A program made the position numbers and the translations under genes. The notes beneath the pieces were generated by a model, which saw only the letters and a program-made list of their open reading frames with translations, had not been told where the DNA came from and did no database searches. Of a stretch of 62,000 nucleotides of DNA, positions 1 to 12,805 are shown in pieces (within the stretch, counting starts at the first letter, position 1; every line of letters begins with the position of its first letter). The stretch covers positions 124,001-186,000 of the forward strand of contig MU058009.1 of assembly GCA_013265495.1 (NCBI GenBank). The letters are read 5' to 3'. This DNA comes from Vicugna vicugna. Taxonomy: Eukaryota.

Positions 1-1377
1 GTAGGAGAGAAGGGATGCCCACGGAAACTGGCATTAGAGGTGTTTCCTGGGCACATGGTGTCTGGTGTTTAAGGATTATGAGCAGAGAGCAGACAGCAGA
101 GAGACGCTGACCTTGAGGATGGAGCCCATGTCTCGCAGGTGCGGAGCAGAAGCCTGGAGAAAGCCTCTTTGCGTGCTTCCTTCTGCATCTTTGCCACTTG
201 TCCGAGCCACGCCAGCCCTGACCCCTGGACCTATTGGGCGGTATGACTCCAGGGAGCCTGGAGGTGGTCTGATCTTTCTCCTGCCTCCAGCCTGGTGAAC
301 GGTTACATCGACAGCCAGATGGGTTTTCATCCTATTTAAAAATATCCTCAAGGATAAAGAGTCTATGCCTTTCCTGGGTTTCTGGTTCCAGTGTTGTTTA
401 ATTATCTGCACTGCAGGGAGCACAGCCTTATGTCCAACCTGAATCTCTGGCGGCCTCTTTGGCCCATTTCCTCTCATTCTGCCCTCTGGGGCTGCACTGC
501 CCTTGTCTCTCCAGCCTGGGACCATTAGCACCCCTGGCACTGGCTGATGCTGTGGCTTAATGACCTATCTTGATGGTGGAGGCGACGCTGGGCTCTCGCA
601 GGTCTGGGCTGGGGGGAAGGGACGGGGCAGAGTGAGAGCCATGGCCAGTTCCACAGGCACCACAAGGAGGTGAGTGTCTGAGTCGGCCCCTTGAGCGCCA
701 CTGAGGCCACTCTGTCTCTGGAAGTCTTGTGCGGTGATGGCGCCCGGGCAGGAAGGTGCACAGAGGGGCAGCTCTGCGTGTTGATCTGGTCGGCGAGCCC
801 ACGTTCTGGAGTACCCAGTGCCTGCCACGCGCCTGCTCCACGCTGGGCGCCGTAAGTGACTAGAGTGCAGGTCCTGCCTCCGAGAAGCTCAGTCAACAGG
901 GAAAGACAAGCGTGTAAAAAGCCATGATGCTTTCCTCAGTGCTGTGAGCAGGAGACGCACAGTGGCCGTGGATGAAGGATCCCGGGTACCGGTGCGCAGG
1001 GCCGGCTGTCCCGGAAATCCTGCCCTACCCGGGCGAAGGGCTGGGTGAGACAGGACTAGAGTCCACATGCCGATTGTGCTGGATCTCCTGGTTGTCTTAA
1101 CTTTTTTTTTCCCCTGAGCCTCTTTATAGAAATAAGGGGTAACAAGCGATTCAAACAGGAGCGCTGTCTTCTGCCGCAGAGGAAGGGGGGTGTGTTAATG
1201 AAGGAAGGCAAAGTCTACCCCTGGCCAGGCGAGGACAGGTGTGCTGCGAAGGATCCCGGACCCCACGGTGGACCAAGCACTGCGCTGGCTGCCCCGGAGC
1301 ACAAGTGACACCCACGTGATGGGCGGGGGGGTGGAGGGTCCGGTGGCCAGGCTGTGCCTCCCCAGCAGTGCCTCTTA

Positions 1378-1716
<339 letters not shown>

Positions 1717-2099
1717 TCAAGGCTGGATGTTGGGCTGAACAGCCAGCCAGGACGTAGGGCTGCCTGCGCATGCTGCCCACCTTCCAGCTTTAGTGAGAAC
1801 AAAAGACTTAAGAAAGGAGAGGGGAAGAGGGGGTGGGGGGGCAGGAGGGGGATGCGGACACTAAGCCCCGTTTAAATACAAACTTTCTGCCTTTGACATG
1901 TCTGTTCGTGCCTCTGTGTGTAAGGGTTCTGGTGTGTTTGTTACCTTGAAAGTGGCATTTACAGCCTGTCATCAGCTTAATCATCTCTGCTGTGTCCTGA
2001 CTGGTGTCACCCAGCCCTCAGCTCCCCAGGCTGGGCTCGTCTTTCTCACTCAGTGTGATGAGAAGCCCAGCTCTGCGGTGGAGGTGGAGGGGATGGGAA

Positions 2100-2500
2100 G
2101 TCAGAGGGAGGAAGAGAGACAGAGACCTGTGCAGGAGGGGAGGGGGCCAGGCAGAGAGAGGCCTAGAGAGGAGAGAGGCATCGAGATGAGGGGAGGGGTG
2201 CAGAGAGAGAGAGAAGTGTAGATGCAGAATAAGAAAAAGAAGCAGGAAACAGAGAAGCAGAGAGCAGAGATGGAGGGAGGTGCAGAGAGAGACTGACATA
2301 TATGCGGAGACACATAACCAGACAAAGATTTCAGACCAAAAGCAAAAAGACCAAGAGAGACCAAATAGATGGAGGCAGAAAATAATGAAGTGCTGGGGAG
2401 AAAGACCAAACGAAATAACGAGGGAACAAGAAGGGCACGGAGGGACCTAGAGATGGAAAGAGAGGAGAAGGGAGCTACGGCAGAGAGACACAGGTGGAGA
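2100..2500. repeat. Purine-rich (GA-rich) low-complexity tract
   Basis: Long AGAG/GGAG-rich stretch on the + strand; similar tracts at about 11905-12065 and 58690-58900. Confidence 0.7.
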
Positions 2501-4035
2501 ATTGGCCCAGAGAGTGACCTTGAGTCAGGCTCCCTCCTGAGCTCAGGGGAAGCTGGCCCAGGACCAGCTCTAAAACCCGGGCATCACCGCGCCCCTGGGC
2601 TCACGCTCCAGGGGAGGGGAGACCACAGCTCGCGCCCATCCTTCCTCGTCGGGGTCTGGAGGTCTGGCTGGAGCTCAGCTCTCGGCTGAGTGAAGAGAGC
2701 AGCTTGGTGCCCGCGTCCCAGCCAGGCCCCTGGCCACATCTTCCCGCCCGTCCTCACCACTTTGCACAGCAGAGTGCTGGAAGGGCATGAGAACTTTCCA
2801 GGGGTCCAGCCCTTTTTCAGAAAAAGAAGTAAGGAGGCCAGTTTCTCAGAGACCATCGAGAAAAATGCCGCCCCTCTGGGTGCGTGTGAAGGGCGCCACG
2901 GGGGGAACAAGACAGCAGCCGCCGGGCCCAGCTCCTGGCTGAGACGACAGGGGCTTCCCGAGCCTCTCTGAGAGCCATCAGCACAGCCGCCCGGCTGCGG
3001 CCTGAGCCCAGCCCACCGCGCAGTTGGGCTGGTTTGGCTGCCTGGCCTCCCTGTGCCCTGTCCAAGCTCAAGCCGGGCCATGCCTGCTTGCCCAGCCTGG
3101 GGCCCCGGGGCCGGGCCCGGGAGATGGCCCACGGAGGCCTGCACTGGTGTTGGCGGACAGCTGGTTAAGACACGGGGAGAGAACGCTGCTTCCTGGGCAT
3201 CGGTGGCGGGCTGTGCTGGGGCCTGCTCTCCCCGGGTTCTCCCCCTGTTCCAGATGGGGGCCACGATCTGGGAGCCTCTACTACTGGAACAGCTGGCTTG
3301 CCGCCTTTTCCTGGAGAGTTAATTACCAGGGAAGTGCTGGGTACTTCAGCGATCTCCATCTTGGTTTTTAAAGCTTAACTCCAGTGGTCACCAAGACATG
3401 CAGCCAGGACTAGCCATGAGAGCCTCCTCCCACCTCCCAGGAGAACTCTGCCCCCTGGAGTCCTGCAGCCTCTCCCCAGCCTGCACCCATCACCCCAGTG
3501 CTGACCAGCTTCCAGGGCCAGTTCAATAGACTCTAAAACCTGCCCTGACCTGGGTGTACTTTATAAAGCGATGAGGCGTGCGGGGCAGGGAGGGGAGCAC
3601 GCACCTGTTGGAGGACCCCTCCTGCTGCCTGATCCCCTCCTCCACCAACAGTTGCCTTCTCAGTTCACCCTGTGGATGCCTCTCTCCCGCACCTTCCCTA
3701 CCTCTCTGTGACATCCTCGGTGCCCAGGAGAACAGGCCCCAGGGATGCTTCCACACTTGCCTGCCTCACCTGTGCCTCCACTCCAGGCCCAGAGGCACCT
3801 GTGTCCCTCCGTCCACCTGTTTCCTCTGGATGCACAGGGTATGAATTTCCAGGAGTCTCCCAGGCTCCAGAGGTAGAAATAGCTTATGTCATATCCAACT
3901 ATTAAGCATGACTTTAATCCCATTTGTGATGTCGGCTGCATAACTTGCAGGGGGCAGCTTTGATGTAGCTGGTGGAACTGAGATCACATTGAACAGATGT
4001 TACAGCTGAGAGTCTGTTAGTGTTTCTATCAGCAA

Positions 4036-4080
4036 CCTGCCTGCCTGCCTGCCTGCCTGTGTGTGTGTGTGTGTGTGTGT
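4036..4080. repeat. Compound microsatellite (CCTG)6(TG)n
   Basis: Read directly: cctgcctg... followed by tgtgtg... Confidence 0.95.
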
Positions 4081-4669
4081 TCAGGGGAAGTAGTACATCG
4101 AGGAGGGGGTGAGAAGAGAGAGAAACTCCATGACTCAGTGATTTTATAGCACATCCATTTGAAATTTGGCAGCTGGATGCAGAGTCCAGATGTAGCGAGA
4201 CGTCGAGGGTGTTAAGCTTTCTCTCCCATTACTCAGTCTGGGGGCTTTGTCTTCCGTTGGGTAACATCTGAAGACCAAGGGAAACAAACAACAAATGTGT
4301 TTTTGCTGAGTTTGGATGCTTCTTGGTTGGCTGAGAAAATGAGCAGGTTTGCAAAGGCAGCTCTGACCCAGCCCGTGGTGTCCGCAGTGAACAGTCGGAT
4401 GCTTACTGAGTGAACAAAGGAGTAAGTCGGTGGGCGTGGGGCGGGTGCAGGGCAGGAGGGAGGAGGTGGAGAGAGCGTGTTCTTTTGCTTGGCAGGAACA
4501 TGCAGACACCTTCAGAAGAGGGGACGAGTGGATGGAGACCTCATCCTGTTGGGACAGTCGGTGGGGTTGGGGGGACATGGCGACAGCAGCTGACAGGCGC
4601 AGAGTGTGCACAGGGTGATTTAATCGAATTCTCCCGGCCGGCATGTGAGCCGAGCACTGTTACCTACAT

Positions 4670-4780
4670 GTACAGGGGAGGAAACCCAGGCACAAAGAGG
4701 TTAAATAACCAGGTCAGCATCACTCAGTAAGTGGCAGAGCTAGACTCCAAACCAGGAGGAATGCTGTGGCTTTAACCACG
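4670..4780 (-). mobile_element. MIR SINE fragment
   Basis: gaggaaacccaggcacaaagaggttaaataacc...gtaagtggcagagctagactccaaacc matches the reverse-complement MIR core. Confidence 0.7.
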
Positions 4781-5960
4781 ACCCTGGGCGGCCTCGGATG
4801 GGGCTGAACTAGGAAACCGGGCACCTGGTTTCTCAGCCTCACCCCGACCATTCCCACTGGCTCCCTCCTCAGGTGGCTGAGTCGCCCCTGGAAAGAAAGC
4901 CAGCGAGGCCCAGAGACGTGGTCAGGCTGGTGCTCACCTCGGGTGCAGACTGTAGTCTGTGTGCGCTGGGAAGTTGATCATCTCATTAGAGTGTGTTTAG
5001 AGGACTGTTTCAACAGTTGGTGGGCTGTTGTCATGAGGACTTTCTTGTTGACAGAAGAGGTTCTTCTGTGTGATGGATCACGGGCTGGAGCAGAAACACT
5101 GCTCCCTTGGGGTCGCTCCTGCCAGGGCCCAGGAGCTGACCAGGTGGTCTCTTTTGTGGGGTTCCGGGGCTGGCATCGGCCTCCTGGGGGACTGGGGTGG
5201 GGGAAGGAGGGAGCGGACGGTGGCCATGTGTGTCTGGGTGTCCCACCTCTGAGGGTTACAACAGTTTCTTATGCCCTCTGGAGCCTAAACTGCATCTGCC
5301 AGGATTCCAGACCGAGGGAAGCCTGCTCCCTGGCTCCCGAGATGGGCTCTGGAAGCCCCAGGACACGGCCCCTCCAGACTCCAGATCCGTGGGGAGCCAC
5401 GTGGAGGGCAGAATCTAGGGGCCTTAGATGAGCCAGGGCTGTTGGGGAGTTTCTTTACGTGGATTTGGTTTAAAGTGAGTAGAATGACAGGGAGGACGTG
5501 AATGCCAGCCTGCAGCTCTGACCTGGATCTTCAAGGGCCTCCAAGCAAAGCCACCAGCATGTGGTGACATCGTGCTCCGGGGCAGGGGTGGGCGGGGGTT
5601 TAAGAGAAGAAAAGTCGACTTCCGAGGGCTGATATTTCCAGTCTGAACCAGCCCAGCAGCGAGAGGCCGTGGGCTCCCCTGCCGGGATCGCCTTGTTCCC
5701 GGGCCGACGGGCACTTTCGACTTCAGGAGCCTCCTTAGGTGACTTTTGGAATGCGGTGCAGGCGGAGTTTTAAAGCATCATTATTGTTAATGGGAACCAT
5801 AATAACCGACATGGGCTGAGGGCTCCCGTGCGGACGCGCGGGGAAGGAGGGGCCCGCGCGGGCTCTGGGGAGCTAGGCTGCCCGCCTCCGACCCCCGTGC
5901 GGCCTTGGGTGCCTCGGTTTCCTCCGAGAGGGACCAAACGGCTGTTGTAAAGATGAAAGC

Positions 5961-6066
5961 AATATATGTATGTTCATGTAAGGCTGAAACATTATGCTGT
6001 GCACCAGAAATGGACACAACATTGTAAACTGACTAGACTTCAAAAAACAGAAAAGTTAAAAAAAAG
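5961..6066 (+). mobile_element. Short 3' end of a young L1, apparently inserted in a MIR (about 5855-6110)
   Basis: atatgtatgttcatgta...ttatgctgtgcaccagaaatggacacaacattgtaaactgact plus A-rich tail; near-identical to the L1 tails at about 17800-17890 and 50370-50460. Confidence 0.85.
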
Positions 6067-6546
6067 ACTGAATGATAGAGTATGTGCAGAGTGTGAGCTG
6101 GCTCAGGGATGATCTTCCTGCTCCGCTTCCCTCCTTGACTGGCCCTTCCACGAGGGGGGCCCAGGCACCCTCTGCAGGGCCTGCTTCCCCACTCTGGAGC
6201 CCCGAGTGCCTTCTGACCCCAGCGTCCCTGCTCTGGCTTCCTCTCCAAGAAAGGCGTGGGGCTGCCTGGCCGGGCCAGCAGGGCCCGGGCTGACCTCGCT
6301 ATTCGTTGCTGTGGAAGATCTACCTTATACAGGTGTGGAAATGTGGCTTGAACAGGCCATTTGCAAAGGACTCTCATCTGTGTTGTTTTAAGAAGACTGT
6401 CACCCTCATCTGTGACAGTATAAGAAGGACAAGATGGTCCTATGGGCGCCCATAGATACACATGCGCCGGTCCATGGAGATGACTGACCCAGGTCCTGCC
6501 TCCAGCTGTCCCTCAGGGGTGTGGCTCTGGGCCTCAGGCCGGGTCA

Positions 6547-6828
<282 letters not shown>

Positions 6829-7368
6829 TCAGGACACCTGGGGGCACCCATCTCCACCGAGAGCTGGGGGTGGGGGTTACCCTTGGCTTCCTGGCCTGGC
6901 TGAGCGCAACGCTGTGGGAGGAGAAAGGAACTAGAAGGTTTTCCATCATGTGTGAAAATCAGCCTGGACTTGTCCACCCTGATGCGTGGGTCCCACGGAA
7001 ACCAGGCTGCAGGTCTTGTGTAGAAATGACCTCCCACTATCTGTGCCTGGCCTGGGAGAGTCTCTGCGTCTGCGGGAGGCACTGAGATGGAGGCCACAGA
7101 TGGGAGCTGTGCGGGGAGCGTGCAGTTTGGAGGGTGGGGGTGAGGGTGGGACCAATGCACACTGACCCTTCCCTTGTCTCATCTGTATAAATCCTTTCAA
7201 CTTTTCAATCATTTCACCTCCTGGCTTCAGGAGAGCTCTGACCAAGCCACAGGCAGGACAGATGCTGTGACCTTCCACTTGACCGGGGGCAAACAGGTGT
7301 GATCAAGAGAGGGCATGGAGTTGACCGAACTCACTTCAGGGTGGTGGCGAAATAAGTAAGACGGGCTC

Positions 7369-7793
7369 GGAGTGGGCTTGTAATAGTTTCTCCCTCAACT
7401 CGTGTGCACCCGGAGCCTCAGAATGTGACCTGACTGGGAAACAGGGCCTTCACAACTTAGTCAAGTCCCTAGTAATCAGTTAAGGATCTTGAGACAAGAT
7501 CACCCTGGATGTAGAGTGGGCCCTCAACCCCCTGACTGGTGTCCCTGCAAGAAGAGGAAAGACACAGGGAGACACAGGAAGGAGGCCGAGGGAAGAAGGA
7601 GGCAGAAACTGGAGTGATGCTATCAAGGAATGCCGGGAGCCAGGACGGTCCTCCCTGGCCTTTGGAGGAAGCCCAGCCCTGCCCACACCTTCATTTCAGA
7701 CTTTCGGCCTCTACAGCTGTGAGACGACAAACTTTGGTTGTCTGAAGAAACGAGTTGTGCTACTTGGTCACGGCAGCCCCAGAAACTAACGCC
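7369..7793 (+). mobile_element. MaLR solo LTR (MLT1-type)
   Basis: cctcagaatgtgacct..., ctggtgtccctgcaagaagagga, cccagccctgcccacaccttcatttcagactttcggcctctacagctgtgagac, ggcagccccagaaactaac are hallmark MLT1 blocks. Confidence 0.85.
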
Positions 7794-8858
7794 GGGCCTG
7801 AAGGTCTCCTGTCTTCCCCGTGACCACGAGGTCATTCCCCACAGCAGCTGCTCTCCGTCACTGCTGCCACCGCTTCCTCCCCTGCGCCCCGTTCCGGCCA
7901 CCTCCCCATCAGCTTGGTGCTCTGCTCCCTGAGCTCCCCGATGGCCCACTGAGGTGGGTGCGTGCTGGGGAGCGGGCTGGGCAGGAGGGCCGCTAGGAGT
8001 TGGGGGCCAGGACTTGCTCAGGGCGCCCCAGAGAGGAACCTGACCCTACAGGGAAGCGGTGCCTGACACCGTCTTGTTTCATCACGGCCAGAGCCAAGGA
8101 ATAGAAGAACAGGCCACTTGCTCAGATCTCCCTGGAAAGAGCCCCAACATCGTCTCTAATCCTCACAGGGCCCTGGGGGAAGGGCGTCTTGTTTCCTACA
8201 TAACAGAAGAGAAGACTGAGTTCAAAGTCAGTCAGGACCTCGCTGGGCAGGGCTGGGATCTGCGCTTGAGAATGGCGATCCCTGCGCCCACGGCCCCCCT
8301 CACGGCCTCTGGAGACCCTAGAAAGCGGTTAGTGTGACCTCACTTAAAGGTGGGAACATTCAGACGATTAAGGAGCCTCCGAGTTTAGCAGTGACATGCA
8401 GGCTGCTGGACCCTGCCTCTGGGTCCCCAGTTCAGTAGCCTCCAGCACCAGGGGAACAGGACTTGAGCCTCGGTCCAGAACAGCTCATCCTGCTGTAGAC
8501 AAAGCGAGACTCAGATGCCAGGGAGATCCACAGAGCAGGGCAGCAGGCCTGGACTGTCTCTCCTCTGCTCTAAACCGGCTTGGGTCCAGTCTGATTCTTT
8601 CCCAGGACGCGGGGTGGGGGCCTCAACCCTGGGCAGAGGGATCTCGGAGAGGGATGGAGGGTGACGTGGTCAGTCCCAGGCGCCAGTGGGGTGAGGGTCT
8701 TGAGCTCAGCCTCAGGGCCAGGGCGCTAAACTGGAGGCCTGTAAACGGGGGTGGGGTTGGAGGTGGGGGTGGTTTAGCCCCAAGCCCAGCTGGAGCCCGG
8801 AGCTCGGCTGAACCATGGCAACGGGCTGGCTCAGGGCTTTCCAGCAGACCTCCTGGGT

Positions 8859-9267
8859 CTATAAATAGCCAAGTGATAATAAGAACAATTTCCTGGATGA
8901 AAATAAGTCCTCGGGGTTGGGGTGGGGGAGTTGGGGAGGGAGAGCCGTTTTGTTCTTCCTTCTCCTTTTCTTTACTTTCCCGTTGTGCTAACAGGGACAT
9001 TTACATAAATTTTACTCTGCCAGGAACCAACGACAACGGCTTGCTCTGCTGAGGGGTGGAGGGGAGCAGGGCCTACCGGGTGCCTGCCTGCCGGAGGGGA
9101 GGAAGCGGCCCGAGCTCCTAATTAGGCCCCTGGCTGCTGCCCTGCTCCCTGCACGCAGGGGGCTCCTCGCCCAGAATGATGATGAATGACATATTTACTG
9201 TGTCCAGGCGTGTGCTTTTCTGGGAAATAAAAATTCTGGTCCAAGTTGTTTGTTCCACCTAATTAGG
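8859..9267. promoter_or_regulatory. Candidate intronic enhancer: MEF2 site plus two CArG/homeodomain palindromes
   Basis: CTATAAATAG at 8859-8868; CCTAATTAGG at 9117-9126 and 9258-9267; sequence is not repeat-like. Motif evidence only. Confidence 0.4.
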
Positions 9268-11632
9268 GAAGGGGAGATGTGTTCATTAAGCAAGGGCAGA
9301 GCTCAGCGCCCGCTCCCCAGGGGAGGCCCTGAGCACCCCACCCAGGCCCCCAGCTCACGGGTCCAGTTGTGGGGAGGGAGCCAAGCCTTGGGGCGAAGAG
9401 CTGGGCCTCCATCTTCTCACCCCAGTTCCTCCTTCCCTCGTTGCTCCCTCCTCACCTTTCCTTTCTTTCTCTGGTAGAAACCTCGCCTGGCCTCCCTTCT
9501 TCTCACATGCAAAAGAAGCCCTTGGACTTTGAGGTCCGGGCCAGGTGAACATTCTCTCATTTGCTGATTCTTGTCACAGTCCTGCTTCCCTGTCTTCCTT
9601 GCTCCTTCTTCTGTCTTCCCTCCCCTGAACTTGGCTCTGGGGGCACCCCGGGGCCCCAGCCCCCCACCTCCTGCTTCAGAAACCTTCATAAGCACACACA
9701 TCAGCGCAGGGGGAGGGGGTGTCAGTGGATTATTAATGGTGAGTCACTCATTTCTGGGGCCACCATCTCCAAGGCCTGGGGCAGCTCTCCCTCCAGCTTG
9801 AGGGGCACTAGTGTGACCCTGATGGCAGCTCCTGCAGGTTCACTAGGATCCAGCCCACCTGTATGTGCAGGTAGGGACCAGGAGTGGGCATACATGCCTC
9901 ACCTGCAGGGGTGAGCATGCCAGGACCGAGGCCTGCCTGGGTGGGCTTCCGTCCCTCTGCCTGTGTGCGTGTGCACGGACTGCTTCTAAAGAGCTTTCCT
10001 GACTGTCCCGGAGGCTGTGGGAGGCCTGGGGCTCATCCCTGGACCCTGCCTGCCTTCCTGTGCTGCTTCCTGTCTGTGCACCCAGCTCCCCTGTCCTACC
10101 GGCAGGGCAGGCACTTGGCATTCAATTGGCAGTGGTGGTGGCAGGGCTGGGCTGGTGGGGGGCAAACTGCACGCGGTGTGAGGTTGTCCGGCGTGGGCAG
10201 CTGCTGCCACTCTGCTCTTTCCAAAGACCCCAAGCCTCAGCTGGGCAGTGGAGAGCTAGGCTGAGCTCCTAGAGGTGGGAGGCCTGGTGACGCCTGCTTC
10301 GTCACAGGTGAGGGAGGATGGAGGTTTGGAGGGAACGCAGTGTGGGTGCCCCAAGCCTGGTGCTAAATCTGGGATGTTCATTGATATGCACACAGCCTGG
10401 AAAGGGCCGGAGTGGCCTGATTGCCTGGCAACAAGGCCTCCTCTCTCTCCCTAGTCACCCACCTCGCCCACCTGCTGGGCCCCTTTGTTTTTTTCTTTTA
10501 CCATCTCTCTGCTTCCCCTTTTAGTTGGTCCAAGGCTTGTGAGTTACCATTAAATGTTAACGCTGTTTCCCCTTTTAGTAGCTGTCTAGAGGATCTACTG
10601 GGTGCCTGTTCTCACGTGTTTTGAATAAGGCCGTAATAGGAGGTGGGGATTTGCACAGTGCCTTTTGCCCCAGACCCTGCATCCTCAGGGGCTGAACCCC
10701 AGTCTTGTGCCCCAGGGGCCAGCAGGGGTGCCCGTCACAAAGGAGGCCAGGATGAGTGGCAGCTGCATCTAAGGGAGGGACTCCAGCCACTAAGACGGAC
10801 AGATGGGATGGAGCGTGCTGGGTGACTGGTGGTTTCAGCCACTGGTCTGCAGTGTTTTATGAAGACAGCCCGAGCAGACTGACACAGAGTCCCTGATCCA
10901 GACCCTTTGTTTCGCAGACAAGGAGACTGAGGCCAAGAGCACATGACTTTCCTGAGGTTACACAGCAGGGGTGGAACCCAGCCCCCTCCCTGCTGAGGGC
11001 TGTCATTCCCATCAGGGTGGTGGGAATGTGACAGGGTTGGGCGGGGTAGGGGGTGGAGTGTGGCCTCCCTGCTCCGGTGCGCAGTCACACGGGGCCAGGC
11101 TCTCCCAGGGCCCTTCTCCGTGTGGATGAGGACAAAATGCTGGGTATAAGGAATGGGGGCATGTCCTCTGGGACATGAACCCTGGCAGAGGCCAGGCCGA
11201 CCCAGCTTCCGGGGGGCACGGGACAGACCGGAGGGACACGCCCTTCCTTCTTCACCTTGTCTGGATGGTCATTCCCTGAGAAAGGGGGGGACCAGGGCTG
11301 TTCGGTTTGCACACCAGAGGCCTGTTCTCAGCTGTTTGCTGTCTCTAGGAACTAGCCAGCCCTGGGAGGGACAGTCCTTCCTCAGGATGTCACAACAGCA
11401 TAAAATACAGAAAATATGAAACACGGCAAACACAGAGACCAGTTCAGGGACCTTCCGACGCACGGCAGCTCGTGCGAATTAGAGAAAAGCGCCCCCGCAG
11501 GTAGGTACAGTAGGGCGCAGGGCTTGGTAAGGGATTAGGGGCTGGATTCGGCCCTCCCTGGTCCCCTCCCGCCCTCCCCAGCCAGGCACCTGGGGCAGGA
11601 AATACCTAAACAGCCTCACTGGGCAGCCCTGG

Positions 11633-11834
11633 GGAAGCGGCCAGCTTGAACAAATGAAAATCTAGGCCATCAGTCAAGTGTGAGCTTCAGAGAGACAAGG
11701 AGTGATCTTTAGTATAAGTATGGCCCAGAAGTACGCCCCATGCCATCTTCGGGACATACTCACACTAAAAAGTTATTTGCTGTTTGGCAGAGATTCAAGT
11801 TTAACTGGGTGTCCTGTATTTTATCAGGCACTGG
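11633..11834. mobile_element. MER53-like palindromic hAT MITE
   Basis: tttagtataagtatggccc...gggacatactcacactaaaaagttatttgctgtttggcagagattcaagtttaactgggtgtcctgtattttatcaggca matches the recalled MER53 consensus; self-complementary. Confidence 0.85.
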
Positions 11835-11938
11835 CCACTTCTGGAGTCTCCTCCTCTGACCACTCTGTCCTTAGGGTCTTCCCCAAGCCCAGCGATTACC
11901 CCAGGGAAGAGAGAGAGGAGGAGAGACAGAAAAGGTCA

Positions 11939-12295
<357 letters not shown>

Positions 12296-12398
12296 TCAGG
12301 CTGAGGGCGCCCTTCCCCTCGGGCTGGGCTGATTTTATGGAGAGGATGACAAACCGTAATGATCACTCTTTAAAAAAATGCATAATCCCCTGTATTGT

Positions 12399-12400
<2 letters not shown>

Positions 12401-12433
<33 letters not shown>
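12401..12433. repeat. (CAG)11 trinucleotide repeat, read as (CUG)11 in the pre-mRNA
   Basis: Eleven perfect CAG units counted. Confidence 0.97.
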
Positions 12434-12434
<1 letters not shown>

Positions 12435-12639
12435 GATCCCTGACACCCTGACACTCTCCCGTGTTTATTTGCAGAGAACATTCGTGTCATCATCTCATCC
12501 CGCGGGGCAGCCTGCGAGGGGACAGGGCAGACCCGGTTCACAGATCGGGAAGCACGGCTGCTGCCCGGATAACACTCCCAGTTTCTTTCTTTTTAACTTC
12601 TCTCTTTCTTTTCTCTCTCTCTCTCTTTTTAAACAGAGT

Positions 12640-12805
12640 CCTATCACATCTGTTGTCCGATTGAATCCTCACGACAATCTTGCGAGGTAAACATTGTTAG
12701 CCCAATTACACAGACCCGGAAACCGAGGCTCAGCAGGATTAAGTGACTTGCTCGAGGTCCCTTAGCGAGTGAGTGGCAGAGCCAGGGCTGGAAGCAGGTC
12801 CCCGG
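12640..12805 (-). mobile_element. MIR SINE
   Basis: aatcctcacgacaatcttgcgaggta...gaaaccgaggctcagcaggattaagtgacttgctcgaggtc...gagtggcagagccaggg. Confidence 0.8.

Noticed and set aside
1050..1112. Short segment ending in a T-run, resembling a Pol III ncRNA (Y or vault type)
   Set aside because: I could not match it to any known RNA or find convincing A/B boxes or a terminal stem.
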